Positions 1-10,617 of a stretch of 64,000 nucleotides of DNA are shown one piece after another. Source of the stretch: Setoptus koraiensis (lineage: Eukaryota; Animalia; Arthropoda). The position numbers and the translations under genes were made by a program. The stretch covers positions 5,580,001 to 5,644,000 of the forward strand of contig CM106586.1 of assembly GCA_048013815.1 (NCBI GenBank), in the 5' to 3' direction. Position 1 is the first letter of the stretch; the number at the start of each line of letters is the position of its first letter. The notes beneath the pieces were generated by a model. That model was given only the letters and a program-made list of their open reading frames with translations, had not been told where the DNA came from and made no database searches.

Positions 1-2822
1 AACTTGACTAGTTCTTACATAATCATCATCATCATACCAATGGCACCAAAACGCATCCTGATGATAAAAGTTAGCGCTCATGATGATTATGTTGGCATTA
101 ACTGGCATCTGACTGGCTAGTGAGTGCTCGGCATATAGACAGACAGGTCCATTCTTGAATTAGCACTAAATTTGTTTGTGCCCACAAACAAATACACGAG
201 CATACATGCAGCGGTTATACATTATAGTTGGTATAATCAGAAAGTAAACTAGTGCTAGAGTCGGTCACCTGTCCTCTCGTGCAAGCTCTCTTTCTCCATT
301 TTATTTGCTTTTCCATATTTTTTGTTGCGGCACATTACATTCATTCATCGATGGCTCATGTTGACTGAATGTCGAATGATGAAGAGAAACGAAAATTGAT
401 TGAGTTAAACAATGTTACTACATAAACACACAAACATACTAGTGGCGGCTCGCAACACTAGTGTGTACAACAACAACTAATTACAGCGTAAAATTGCGTA
501 ACAAAGCGCATATTATCTGAACGATCACATCAGCTCATTACTACGATTACCATCATCATAATTTCAATCAATACTCATGTTGCTCCAGTTACATCAGTAT
601 GGTCATCTAAGTGGTCTGCACACACGAAGACAGCGACAACTTGGCCTCGCGTTGTCTTCTAAACGGTGCGGGCTTGTGGGCTTTTCTTGTCGTGTGTCTG
701 GCGGGCATCAAACAGTTGCTGCTACGCGTACCGGCCAAGCCAATGGGAAATAAGATGATCTATTATCGCCGCTATTGTAGCCGAGCTCGATATGTCTATC
801 ATGTAAATGAAGGGATAAGTGCAGTGAAGTTATCCTATGCGCAACTACATTAGTGGCGTTGGTAGTTGTTATTGTTGCAAAGCGCGCCAGTTATCCGCCA
901 GCTAGCCGGTCGGCATCAACGGCAACTCGATCGCCCACTCGCTTCTTCAACTTAATTAGGTAGAGAGCTGAGCAAGGGGAGAGTGAACGAACAAGAACAA
1001 AGCCAACAAACAAAAGCTCGTACCTCTACTATCCAATTATGAGTTCTCTCTCACTCTCTGTGGTCCGACCATTTGTCTGTTGCTCGACTTTCGACTTTCC
1101 TTTCATGTTGTGCATTTTGTTTGACTCAACACTATCGTGTACTGATTGATGAGCGAAACAAAACACTATTTGGACCCGATGAATATACCATGGTTGATGC
1201 ATGGACGTTATGGTTGACACTGGATGATGTTCATTATGAGTGCGCTCACCGGTGGACGAGAACTGAAAAAATGCGTGCCATTTTTTTGGGCCAGCTAATG
1301 GAGCAACGACAGCAACAACAACAACAACAACTACAACAAACATGTTTTTTGCCTGAATGCTGTTGATCGACTTGATGGATAAAGAACTGACCAGTGGCCG
1401 GCATTGGATGAATGCAGCGAATCGCTTTCATGGTGTGCCCGCGCTGCCTCAATCATGCAGATGTTCACACAATAATTACCTTTTTCTTTCTGAACCAACG
1501 TTCGCGTGTTATGACGCAACTGGACACAACTACTCAGGCTACTATTGTCTCTAGCTGACGATATTAACGAATCGACTTGTAAATCATAATTATATTTGGA
1601 CGTGTAACAACACACACACACACACACACGATAAGCAACGGCCAAAGTCGATTCTCGGCGCTCGGTTGCCTCACTGGCGCACTATGGCCGCCATTATACA
1701 CAGTCGGAGATTCAATCACTATCAATCGGCTGAATGTTTTGCAATTAATTGTGTGTGTGTGTGTGTCCGATGGCCCAGTTTGGCCATCAATAATGATAAT
1801 GAATCGCCCCGGAGTCGGCCAGCATGGACGCACCAACACGTAGTAATGTTGAAGTTTTTGCGGACTAGAGAGCCAAAGTGGACCAGGCTGAGGCAACAAA
1901 AATGAATGGTCACAATGTAATTATAAAGAGCATCTTAATCGATGCAGATTACGCCGGATTATCGATGATGTTCCAGCAAACGGGCCGCTTTATCGTGTGG
2001 CGCGTGGCACACAAACACAAGCGCACGTTGCGTCGGTTCTGTGATAAAAGGCAGAGCCTCTCTGATTTTCGAAGCTGCTGCCTCGAGCACACGAAATTAT
2101 TTCTGTGATTTCTATCAAGTCATGGTTATCGTTACGGCGACGGCCGTCGACAGGGCAGCTGAAAGCACACTGACCGGCAACCAAGCGGCAATCGCCGGCA
2201 ATCACCGGCCATCACAGGCATCATAGAGGACATTCTCGAGCGCCTCTCTCATCCGATACTCGCTACACATTGGCGCTTTCATTCCGATATGGCATATCGG
2301 ATATGCCAGCACACAATCAGTATGTGTGTGTGTGTGTATTGATACATGGGTTCCATGTGCGAACGCACTAGATGGCTGGCTGAATTATCCGCCGGAAGTG
2401 ATGCATCCGAACACAGACTGACCGAGTGAGCGGTAGTGACAAATTGCACAGTGCAAACTGACCAATTTACGCGCGAACCTTTCGTGCGTGCGTGCGTGTG
2501 TGTGTGTGCAATTAGTGGCACAGCAATGGGGGTACCAAGATTGCAGGCACAGGAGAACGGTGTCAATAACATTGTTATTCCCATTCTGCTACATGTGCCA
2601 GTCTTGCCCACTGTATTACACATGCTTTATTACAACTGTGAGACCGATTGATACGTAAAATGCGTGCACAAAAAGCGACCTCGAGCGGTTTTTCGCTGAA
2701 CTGCGGCCAAAGACATGAGCAGATTTCCACACCCTCGTGTGTAATTTTTGTTGTATCATCATTATTATCTGTTCGCTCCAAACAAACATCCTAATTACAG
2801 ATATTATCATCACATTACAATC

Positions 2823-3173
2823 ATGGGTCGCTATTTACTGTTGCTGTCGGCCAAAGGAAGCGCCAGGGACACCAGAATATTCCACGAGTACAAGTCCAAA
2901 GAGGAAGCTGTTCAGACTATCATACAATTCTACGAGGACTATCTAGACAATTCAAGACCCATGGACATGGGAATTCAGGAACAAATCGAGTATGATAGTA
3001 GCGACATAGATGAATTCATCGACTTCAATTTCGGTGAAATGGTATGCCTGGAATACGATGAAGATGTGAAATTATGGACACCCTATCCTAAATCCTGGAT
3101 CAAGGAGACCATCTATTGTGTTCTCAGACAGACTTGCGATGCTCAACGGGATGCGTTCGAACAACCCGCTTAA
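2823..3173 (+). CDS. ERH: Enhancer of rudimentary homolog, highly divergent (116 aa from ATG 2823)
   Basis: The translation follows the ERH pattern end to end: N-terminal LLL strand, R.F.EY.S..E, FID, CLEY, and the C-terminal PYPKSWIKETIYCVLR matching canonical PYNKDWIKEKIYVLLR. A branch point plus acceptor (ctaattacag, ending 2800) suggests a 5' UTR intron. Confidence 0.75.
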   Translation: MGRYLLLLSAKGSARDTRIFHEYKSKEEAVQTIIQFYEDYLDNSRPMDMGIQEQIEYDSSDIDEFIDFNFGEMVCLEYDEDVKLWTPYPKSWIKETIYCVLRQTCDAQRDAFEQPA

Positions 3174-3347
3174 CCACTTTATCCCATCAGCTAACCATTA
3201 TACAAACTCAAATGATTCTCAGTTACGATGGAAAGCGTTCACTTAAACCCTTTTCTATTGTAACTGAGAATCATTTAGGTTTGTATAATTAATACAACAT
3301 TATACAACATTAATACACCAATATAAAAATAAAAGTGTTATACAAAA

Positions 3348-5174
3348 TTAAATTGGTAAGTTTAATGATTTTCCATCCTCTTTCAAAAAACAGGCAATAA
3401 ACATCCTGAGTGCAGAGGCGAAGGTTTCCTTTTTATCAACCTTTGAAAATACTTTTCTTACTATATCTTCTGGCTGTGTCATAATATTACCCAACAGGTT
3501 GTTGAGATATTCGCTGTGCGCATTGCTTATATCGGCCCATTCTACTGCTTTTAAGATGGTTATTGGGATTGCGTCCTCTTTCACCAATTCAAATGTCAGT
3601 TTTGCGAACACTGCAACCCTTGTCTTAGAAGTACCTATAGATGAGCTTAGTTCTCGAATCTTATCTTGTACAGCGAACTTGGTGGCCATCTTGTATTTTC
3701 TGTCAAATTTGCATAAATTATTTAATAGATGAAAGTAAAATGGATTGTAGACTCTCTCATGTATTGCCACGTGTAAACAGACGGTCATAGCGTCAGAGGC
3801 ACATTTAATACCACACCCAATTATCGAGTTTGTGGCCTCGATGTAATCACTTGCGTTCACTAAGGCATTGAAGACGGTTTTCCTAATAGGCGTGTTTAAT
3901 CCTAAGGCTTTAGTCAGCTTGTTGTTAGTGCTTGACTTGGACTCGGACAAAACTAGTTGTTTCCGTGTACTCGAAACCTCTTTTTCGGAAGTTGGTGGGT
4001 GATAAACCTGAGTTTCTAGCACGTGCCATTTAGATGAAGCAAGAACTTCTTCATATGTGCCAGGTTCTAAAGATTCGGGCAAGTGAGCTCTCTTGATGAG
4101 ATTCTTCATTGTTGATTCGATTGTATCCCGATCAATATTGCATCCGTAGTTGGGTAATTTGGTTATGTTGTTATTTTTGATTGCAGCGAGAGCATCTATC
4201 ATAAACTCAACTCGAGCGCCTCCGGAGACAGATCTAAGATTTGAACATTTCTCTTGTGCAGTCATGATGAATTGTCTCATGCGCGAAGGGTCGTCCTTTC
4301 TCAGTTGAAATCCCACAGTTTTGAGAATGAACAATATGAGCTCAATTGATTTTTCGCTGAAATGGATGCACAATTGTTGCACAATTTCAAATATAAACTG
4401 AACACCAACCAAGTTGATGATGTATAGATTAACGAGGCAAGCAACAACATTATCGATACTTTTGTTTTCATCGTCAATTTTGGTGGTTTTGATTAACCTA
4501 TCAAAGCTCACTACAAGTCTGTGTACGAAACCAGAACCTAGTTCATTGCCTATGCGATGGCTCAAGTAAGATACTAGTAGCATGAGTTCAGCTATCAACT
4601 TTCTTGGGGCCAGATTATTAAGATGTATGCCTGATGTGTCTATGACTCTAAAAATGGCTTCATTGATCCCGAGTCGTTGATGTGTTTTGTATAATTTTTC
4701 TATCTCCGAAGAAACGTATGAAATCGTCTGTGATGTCAGTCGATTGATTAAACCTCTAACTTTTCTCTGCAGAGCTTCATCGACCTCTATCAATTCAGAA
4801 TCGGCGTCTAATTTTCCCGTGGCCACGTTTTGTTCAACAATGTTGCCATGCTCGTCCAACACATTACCATATATATCCTCGGCTAATTGAGACTTTGTTT
4901 TCTTTCTCTTTGGTTCTGCCTTGCTGTCATGCTCGGCGACAGTATCTGAATCATCGACTTCACTGTCAAGAGTCTCTTCAGTGGGTCTCTTTTTTTCTTT
5001 CGCCTCTCGGCTGATTAGTGCTAGGGGTCTCTTTTTGCGCAACCTTAGCTCTGATTCTTTTGGTTTTAATATTTCATCGTCAATCCATTCTAGAATATCC
5101 GCCAATCCGTCATCATGGAAAGCCTTAGGAAGTTTACCCTTCTTGAGAGCGTTTTTGTACTTATCTTTGCCCAT
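3348..5174 (-). CDS. NOM1: Nucleolar MIF4G domain-containing protein 1 (NOM1/Sgd1), single exon
   Basis: 608-aa ORF with an acidic/basic N-terminus, a MIF4G region (VRGLINRLT, GFQLRKDDP, RVEFMIDALAAIKNNN) and an MA3 region (NTPIRKTVF, YNPFY). Confidence 0.9.
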   Translation of the reverse strand: MGKDKYKNALKKGKLPKAFHDDGLADILEWIDDEILKPKESELRLRKKRPLALISREAKEKKRPTEETLDSEVDDSDTVAEHDSKAEPKRKKTKSQLAEDIYGNVLDEHGNIVEQNVATGKLDADSELIEVDEALQRKVRGLINRLTSQTISYVSSEIEKLYKTHQRLGINEAIFRVIDTSGIHLNNLAPRKLIAELMLLVSYLSHRIGNELGSGFVHRLVVSFDRLIKTTKIDDENKSIDNVVACLVNLYIINLVGVQFIFEIVQQLCIHFSEKSIELILFILKTVGFQLRKDDPSRMRQFIMTAQEKCSNLRSVSGGARVEFMIDALAAIKNNNITKLPNYGCNIDRDTIESTMKNLIKRAHLPESLEPGTYEEVLASSKWHVLETQVYHPPTSEKEVSSTRKQLVLSESKSSTNNKLTKALGLNTPIRKTVFNALVNASDYIEATNSIIGCGIKCASDAMTVCLHVAIHERVYNPFYFHLLNNLCKFDRKYKMATKFAVQDKIRELSSSIGTSKTRVAVFAKLTFELVKEDAIPITILKAVEWADISNAHSEYLNNLLGNIMTQPEDIVRKVFSKVDKKETFASALRMFIACFLKEDGKSLNLPI

Positions 5175-5570
5175 AATGATCCGTTCAAGATTTGATGATG
5201 ACTATGATATCGTCAGTGAAACAGCAATGTTACAATATATTTATTTTTATCATGTCCTATCAGAGGCCAGCTATCGAAAGCGCCACGTGAGATTTTGAAT
5301 TTTGTGTGCAGGAATAACAACAACACTTATTCTCACAATGTTCTTGTCAGATGGTTTTCGTGGTTGTGGCTAACGCAATTCACCGATACCTCGACAGTAC
5401 CCCGACTATACCTCGACTGAATAATTTACGTTGGACACACACGCCTACCAGGTCACGCACAGGGATGATATTCATCTTTATGTGTAGTCGAAACGTCGCA
5501 CAGAAATGATGATACACCCTGAACTGTAGCCTACTATTTTGGTAGAAAACGTCTCTGATCAATATACTGA

Positions 5571-6239
<669 letters not shown>

Positions 6240-6881
6240 GCTGGTAAACAATTCTACTCTTCATACAACAGAGAACTAGCCTTTGAACGTCAATGGCGAG
6301 AAATAAAGGCGATACAAGTCAAACAAAAAAAAACAAGATATTATGAATGCAAAAAAGACAACTTGAAATGGCATGAAAAAGAAACTTTTATTCAGGTTCT
6401 TTTATATATAGTTCGCGATTTATAATTTATATTTCTTTTTATATTTATTGTACACATATTGTATTTATGATGTTGTATGTAAGGTCATGTACAAATCTGC
6501 CGGTCATGATTTATGTTAATGTATTTTTGTACCTCGAAAGTTTTTTTATTAACTTCTACTCTTATGCCCCACATATATTCAATAAGCTTTATAGCTCGAT
6601 GTAACGAAGAACAAATAGCCTGATAATATCGTGAGAGTAGATCACATCATCACATTAGATAATGACAAATGTATATAGACTGATTGTAACCCACTGTGAT
6701 TTGTGATTGTGACACTGTGTCAATTAGCTACTTGTGATAGTTGTTGAAAAGTTGATCCTCAAGCTTATAAGTAACTTCTCCGAAATAAGTAATGTAGTAA
6801 TAGACGATTTATAGTTCGCTTTGTTGTATGACTGCTTTAAACATAAATCTTTTTCTGATGCAAAACCGACAGACACCATCG

Positions 6882-7358
6882 CTAGCCGAAACCTCGCGCC
6901 GTAGAGATCAATCGAGGTTTGTAAAAATCGGATGGGTTCAGTAGGTTTGAATCTGTGTTAGATGAATCAACTACTAATGAATCGACACCCATTTCATTGA
7001 TCGCTGTGTACAGTAGCCTTGACGAGGGCAATTGTCCTATTTGCGACCAAATCAGATTCTGTTGATTCAAATTAGGTTTATTCCAAGTTTGTCTTTCCAT
7101 AACATTCGATGATAAATCTGCTCTGGGGATGAAACTGTCACTCTCAGCTTCATCTGCATAGGTTCCGGCTCCATTGAAATATCTTGCGAACTTTTTCGGT
7201 GTCGATTGAAAATTTGCCCGTTTATACAAATCTTCATTATTAATTAGTCCATGGTAAAGTGGATGATAGTAGATGGGAATTTCCTTTGTTTGTACGTAGT
7301 TGAGAGTCAACCATATCATAATGATTACTGCAAACAAGATACTTTTGAGGAAGACCAT
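6882..7358 (-). CDS. Neuropeptide precursor, allatotropin-like (C-terminal STARGF-Gly)
   Basis: Hydrophobic N-terminal signal peptide, an internal KR site, and a C-terminus LISTARGFG matching the allatotropin TARGF-amide signature with an amide-donor Gly. Confidence 0.75.
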   Translation of the reverse strand: MVFLKSILFAVIIMIWLTLNYVQTKEIPIYYHPLYHGLINNEDLYKRANFQSTPKKFARYFNGAGTYADEAESDSFIPRADLSSNVMERQTWNKPNLNQQNLIWSQIGQLPSSRLLYTAINEMGVDSLVVDSSNTDSNLLNPSDFYKPRLISTARGFG

Positions 7359-8180
7359 GATGAGCTAGTAATGTCGGAAGTTGAGAAGAGTTCTAGATTG
7401 TTCATGATATAGTTCTTTTGCAAATGAATGTTGTTGTTTCGAGACGGAATGTCGTATAAATATATAAAGTATAGTGTCGATATACCGAACTAACTTTTGT
7501 TTGAACAATTCCAATCGGATCAAAGGTCAGTTCTAATATGTGTAGCATAGCTCTAGTCTTGCATATTCAAGTGGTCTTGTGCACATGAGTTGCAAACAAA
7601 GTCCAATCGACTAATGTAGTTCGAGATCACTTTAATTTGTATTGGGGCAGTCCGAAAATGTATTATTTACGTAGAGAATGTTGGTTCAAAACAATATGTT
7701 GCAACTTGATCTATTTGCATCTATGAAGGAAAAGAAGATTCTCTGAATAGACAACCTGTCCTATGCTTCCCAGGAATCTAGTACAGATGGATACGTTATA
7801 ATGGTTGTCCGCTCTTTCCGTCATTACGTAGACTAAATGCTAGAGCCCACGATTTAATTATTCTAAGGCATTATTAGAGTGTGCTACCATGTAATTCGTT
7901 CAATCGAATGAACATTCACCACGATGATGCAGACGGCATCCTTTCTAATATCGATCAGTACAAACCGCAATAGGTTACGCATCATTAGGTAATTGGTTTA
8001 TTTGATTTAAAGCATTTACCGATTCATCAGCTCGAGCTTATTCATGAGCGCACACATACGTGCATAGAAGGGAGCGCCTTGTGACGATATAAAACGTTAA
8101 GTTTATTATTTGATTAGTTTTGAGTTATAAATTGTATATTAATGCAGCAAATAGCTGGCAACTTTCAGCTATTGAGCATC

Positions 8181-9323
8181 TCAATATGGCAAACCTGCTT
8201 TAGCCCTACAAGCTTGCATAAGAGCTCTCAACATAAACTGCCTTCTGGATAGCTCTCTAACGTTCTTGAGGAATACATCCAAAGTGATAACGTTTTTTCT
8301 TAGACCCTCTCCGGTGTAATAGATGGCATCCACAACAGCATTTTCCTCGGCAAAGGAAGTAACCAATTGCTTGAATAGTGGCTGAGTAGGTCCGTAAATG
8401 TTATCAACATCAATTGTGCCGTCCTCTTTGTCATATTTAACAATAAACTCTTGTAATTGATTATTAAGCTCGGCCAATTTTGTTCTAGCATCTGTAAGCT
8501 GGACTAGATCGGCAGCCATTTTAGATTGTATGTCGTCAAGGTGCAACTTGCCACGATTTAAATCGTTGGATGTCTTTTTTAACACCTCAATCTCTGCCTG
8601 TAATTGTTGTAACTTCTCCTTTAGCCTAGATTTGATTTTGTCTTCTACACCACTGAGCAATGAGGCTCTAATGTGCTCCTCTGTTATGGTACCTGTGCCA
8701 GTAACAGGCAAGCTAGGCTGATATGTGGGCGATGAAAAAGGGTAACTAGCACCACCAGCGGCTGGTGGCATAGGCATTGGCATGTGTGAGGCAGATGTCG
8801 AGGTCTGCATGGATCCTGGTTGGCCCGACTTCGGTAAAGCGGGCGGCAACGATATCATACTAGTGCCAACACCATCTTGTTGAAATCTGGGTTTTTGAAA
8901 TACAGGAGGCGTAGTGCCAAAAACAATTTGCATCACTTGTATAGTGCTCAGGATGTCACTGGAGCTTTCGTTCCATTCACTTAAATATGGCAAATATATA
9001 CGTCCACTTCCATCAACGTGCTTGGATTGTTTTATCGTCATCTCACGAGTGGGCCGTACATAACAGATGGGTGCCACGAATGGGTGCTTGTCGCTGAGCC
9101 AAATACCTATTGGTATATTGTATTTATTATCCCTGAATGTTATTGGAATGGTTCCATCTAAGCATATCAGCTCTTTGGATAGTCCATCGGGAAAGGTGTA
9201 TTTTTCCAATCTCGGTGTCAGTGTTCTAAAATATTTGGTTGCGTTTAAAATATCCTGTCTGGTATGTTCGGGGTGCACATACTTGGCAGTTGATAAGAGA
9301 CGGCCGATTGTAGAGCTAGACAT
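8181..9323 (-). CDS. TSG101: ESCRT-I subunit TSG101/Vps23, single exon
   Basis: UEV domain (GTIPI, YNIPIGIWL, PICYVRPT, HVDGSGRIYLPYL), Pro-rich linker, coiled coil, and steadiness box (FLKNVRELSRRQFMLRALM). Confidence 0.97.
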   Translation of the reverse strand: MSSSTIGRLLSTAKYVHPEHTRQDILNATKYFRTLTPRLEKYTFPDGLSKELICLDGTIPITFRDNKYNIPIGIWLSDKHPFVAPICYVRPTREMTIKQSKHVDGSGRIYLPYLSEWNESSSDILSTIQVMQIVFGTTPPVFQKPRFQQDGVGTSMISLPPALPKSGQPGSMQTSTSASHMPMPMPPAAGGASYPFSSPTYQPSLPVTGTGTITEEHIRASLLSGVEDKIKSRLKEKLQQLQAEIEVLKKTSNDLNRGKLHLDDIQSKMAADLVQLTDARTKLAELNNQLQEFIVKYDKEDGTIDVDNIYGPTQPLFKQLVTSFAEENAVVDAIYYTGEGLRKNVITLDVFLKNVRELSRRQFMLRALMQACRAKAGLPY

Positions 9324-9609
9324 TTTTATTGACTATTTTTCAAAGACATAATAATAATAATAAGGATGAGTACAGTAATAATGATGTCGATGGAAATATA
9401 TTATTAGGGAGTTATGGTATTGGTAGGTTACATGTACTAGAAGGAATAGGACATTTGTTAGCCAAATTTCTGTGCGAGCGTTTGTACAAACAAAGCCGAA
9501 AATCTCTCCTGTGTGTGAGTAATGTATTAGAATAAACGCTCACTACAATTAGAGAGCACGATAAACGAGATATACGCTCTGAGGTCCCGTGCTTCTTACA
9601 CGCCCACAC

Positions 9610-10026
9610 GCTACCCGCATACCTGGTCGGAATTTCTAGTTGAGCGGTCAGACTTGCTTCCGGACCGAATTCGCTTAAACTCGGTATCTAAAGAGACGTT
9701 GGTCTTACAGATTCAAAGTCGTTCTACGAAGAGCCGGAATTTGTAAACTCCGCTTTTTGGTTCTACCAGAATCCTTTTCAGCGTTTTGTGGCGGCTTTTA
9801 GAATAAGTTTAGACTGCAGTGGGAGTGTTGTGGGTGAAAATCTTATCAATAAACAGTTGTTTAATGCTCATCGTTACCTTGGTTCGGTCTATTGTTATTT
9901 TGGCACGCAGCCAAACCAGGCAATAAAGGCTTCGAAAGCGAAAGTCACATTACTGTGCCCTCTCGCGGAGTCGCCGATTTTCCGCACTAGCCGCAACACC
10001 CGCACTGCCCGGGATGTGCGGGCAGC
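9610..10026 (+). ncRNA. Candidate structured non-coding RNA of about 420 nt, family unassigned
   Basis: Terminal helix 9610-9623/10013-10026 (12 of 14 pairs); long helix 9816-9842/9976-10008; 8-bp helix 9729-9736/9792-9799; several hairpins. G-U wobbles mostly favour the + strand. Folded by hand only. Confidence 0.4.
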
Positions 10027-10617
10027 CAGCCTAGTTTGAAAACAGCTTCCAATAACGTTGCGTGCAGAAATTATTCACTAATTTGCACAACGTATTCTTT
10101 TACGAAGGATAGTTGTGATACAAAAATTCTGATAATTTAAAACTCACTCTTTATATTCAATTCATATTAAATCTCACGCTTCACATCTCGAGAAACAAAA
10201 CCAATGGTTAACATTATTGTCCAAATTCCTAATAGATTATTACATTAACTGATAACTACATAGACATATATTTACAATTAATCGAGAGCTCAACTTAACA
10301 TGTACTATTCCAAATATTGAATACCATACATGTCCATAGTATCATGTGATTCACCCGCACCGTTGCAACCTCCAGGACCTGCTGAATCTTGTTTTCAGAC
10401 TGTATTGGTTCTACTGACGGTCTTGAGTAGTAATCTAAATAAATTCAAAGTATTGTGGATTAACTAGAACGAAGAATTGGAAAACTCAGCCTTAGACCTG
10501 AATATTGTTCCAGAACGTCACCGCCAAGGTATCCATATCAAACCAGCGGCAACTTTAACAATCAAATCCGAGCTTAGGGGACTCACACATTCGCAAGGAA
10601 TAGATTGTGTGATAAAA

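Noticed and set aside
5458-5523. Possible C/D-box snoRNA (caggg/ccctg stem, ATGATGA, CTGA)
   Set aside because: The only perfect C box lies just 5 nt before the D box and there is no good 5' C box; likely chance.
9970-10050. SRP RNA-like snippets (TCCGCACTA, GAAA loop)
   Set aside because: No SRP54-binding helix 8 consensus, wrong spacing and no Alu domain.
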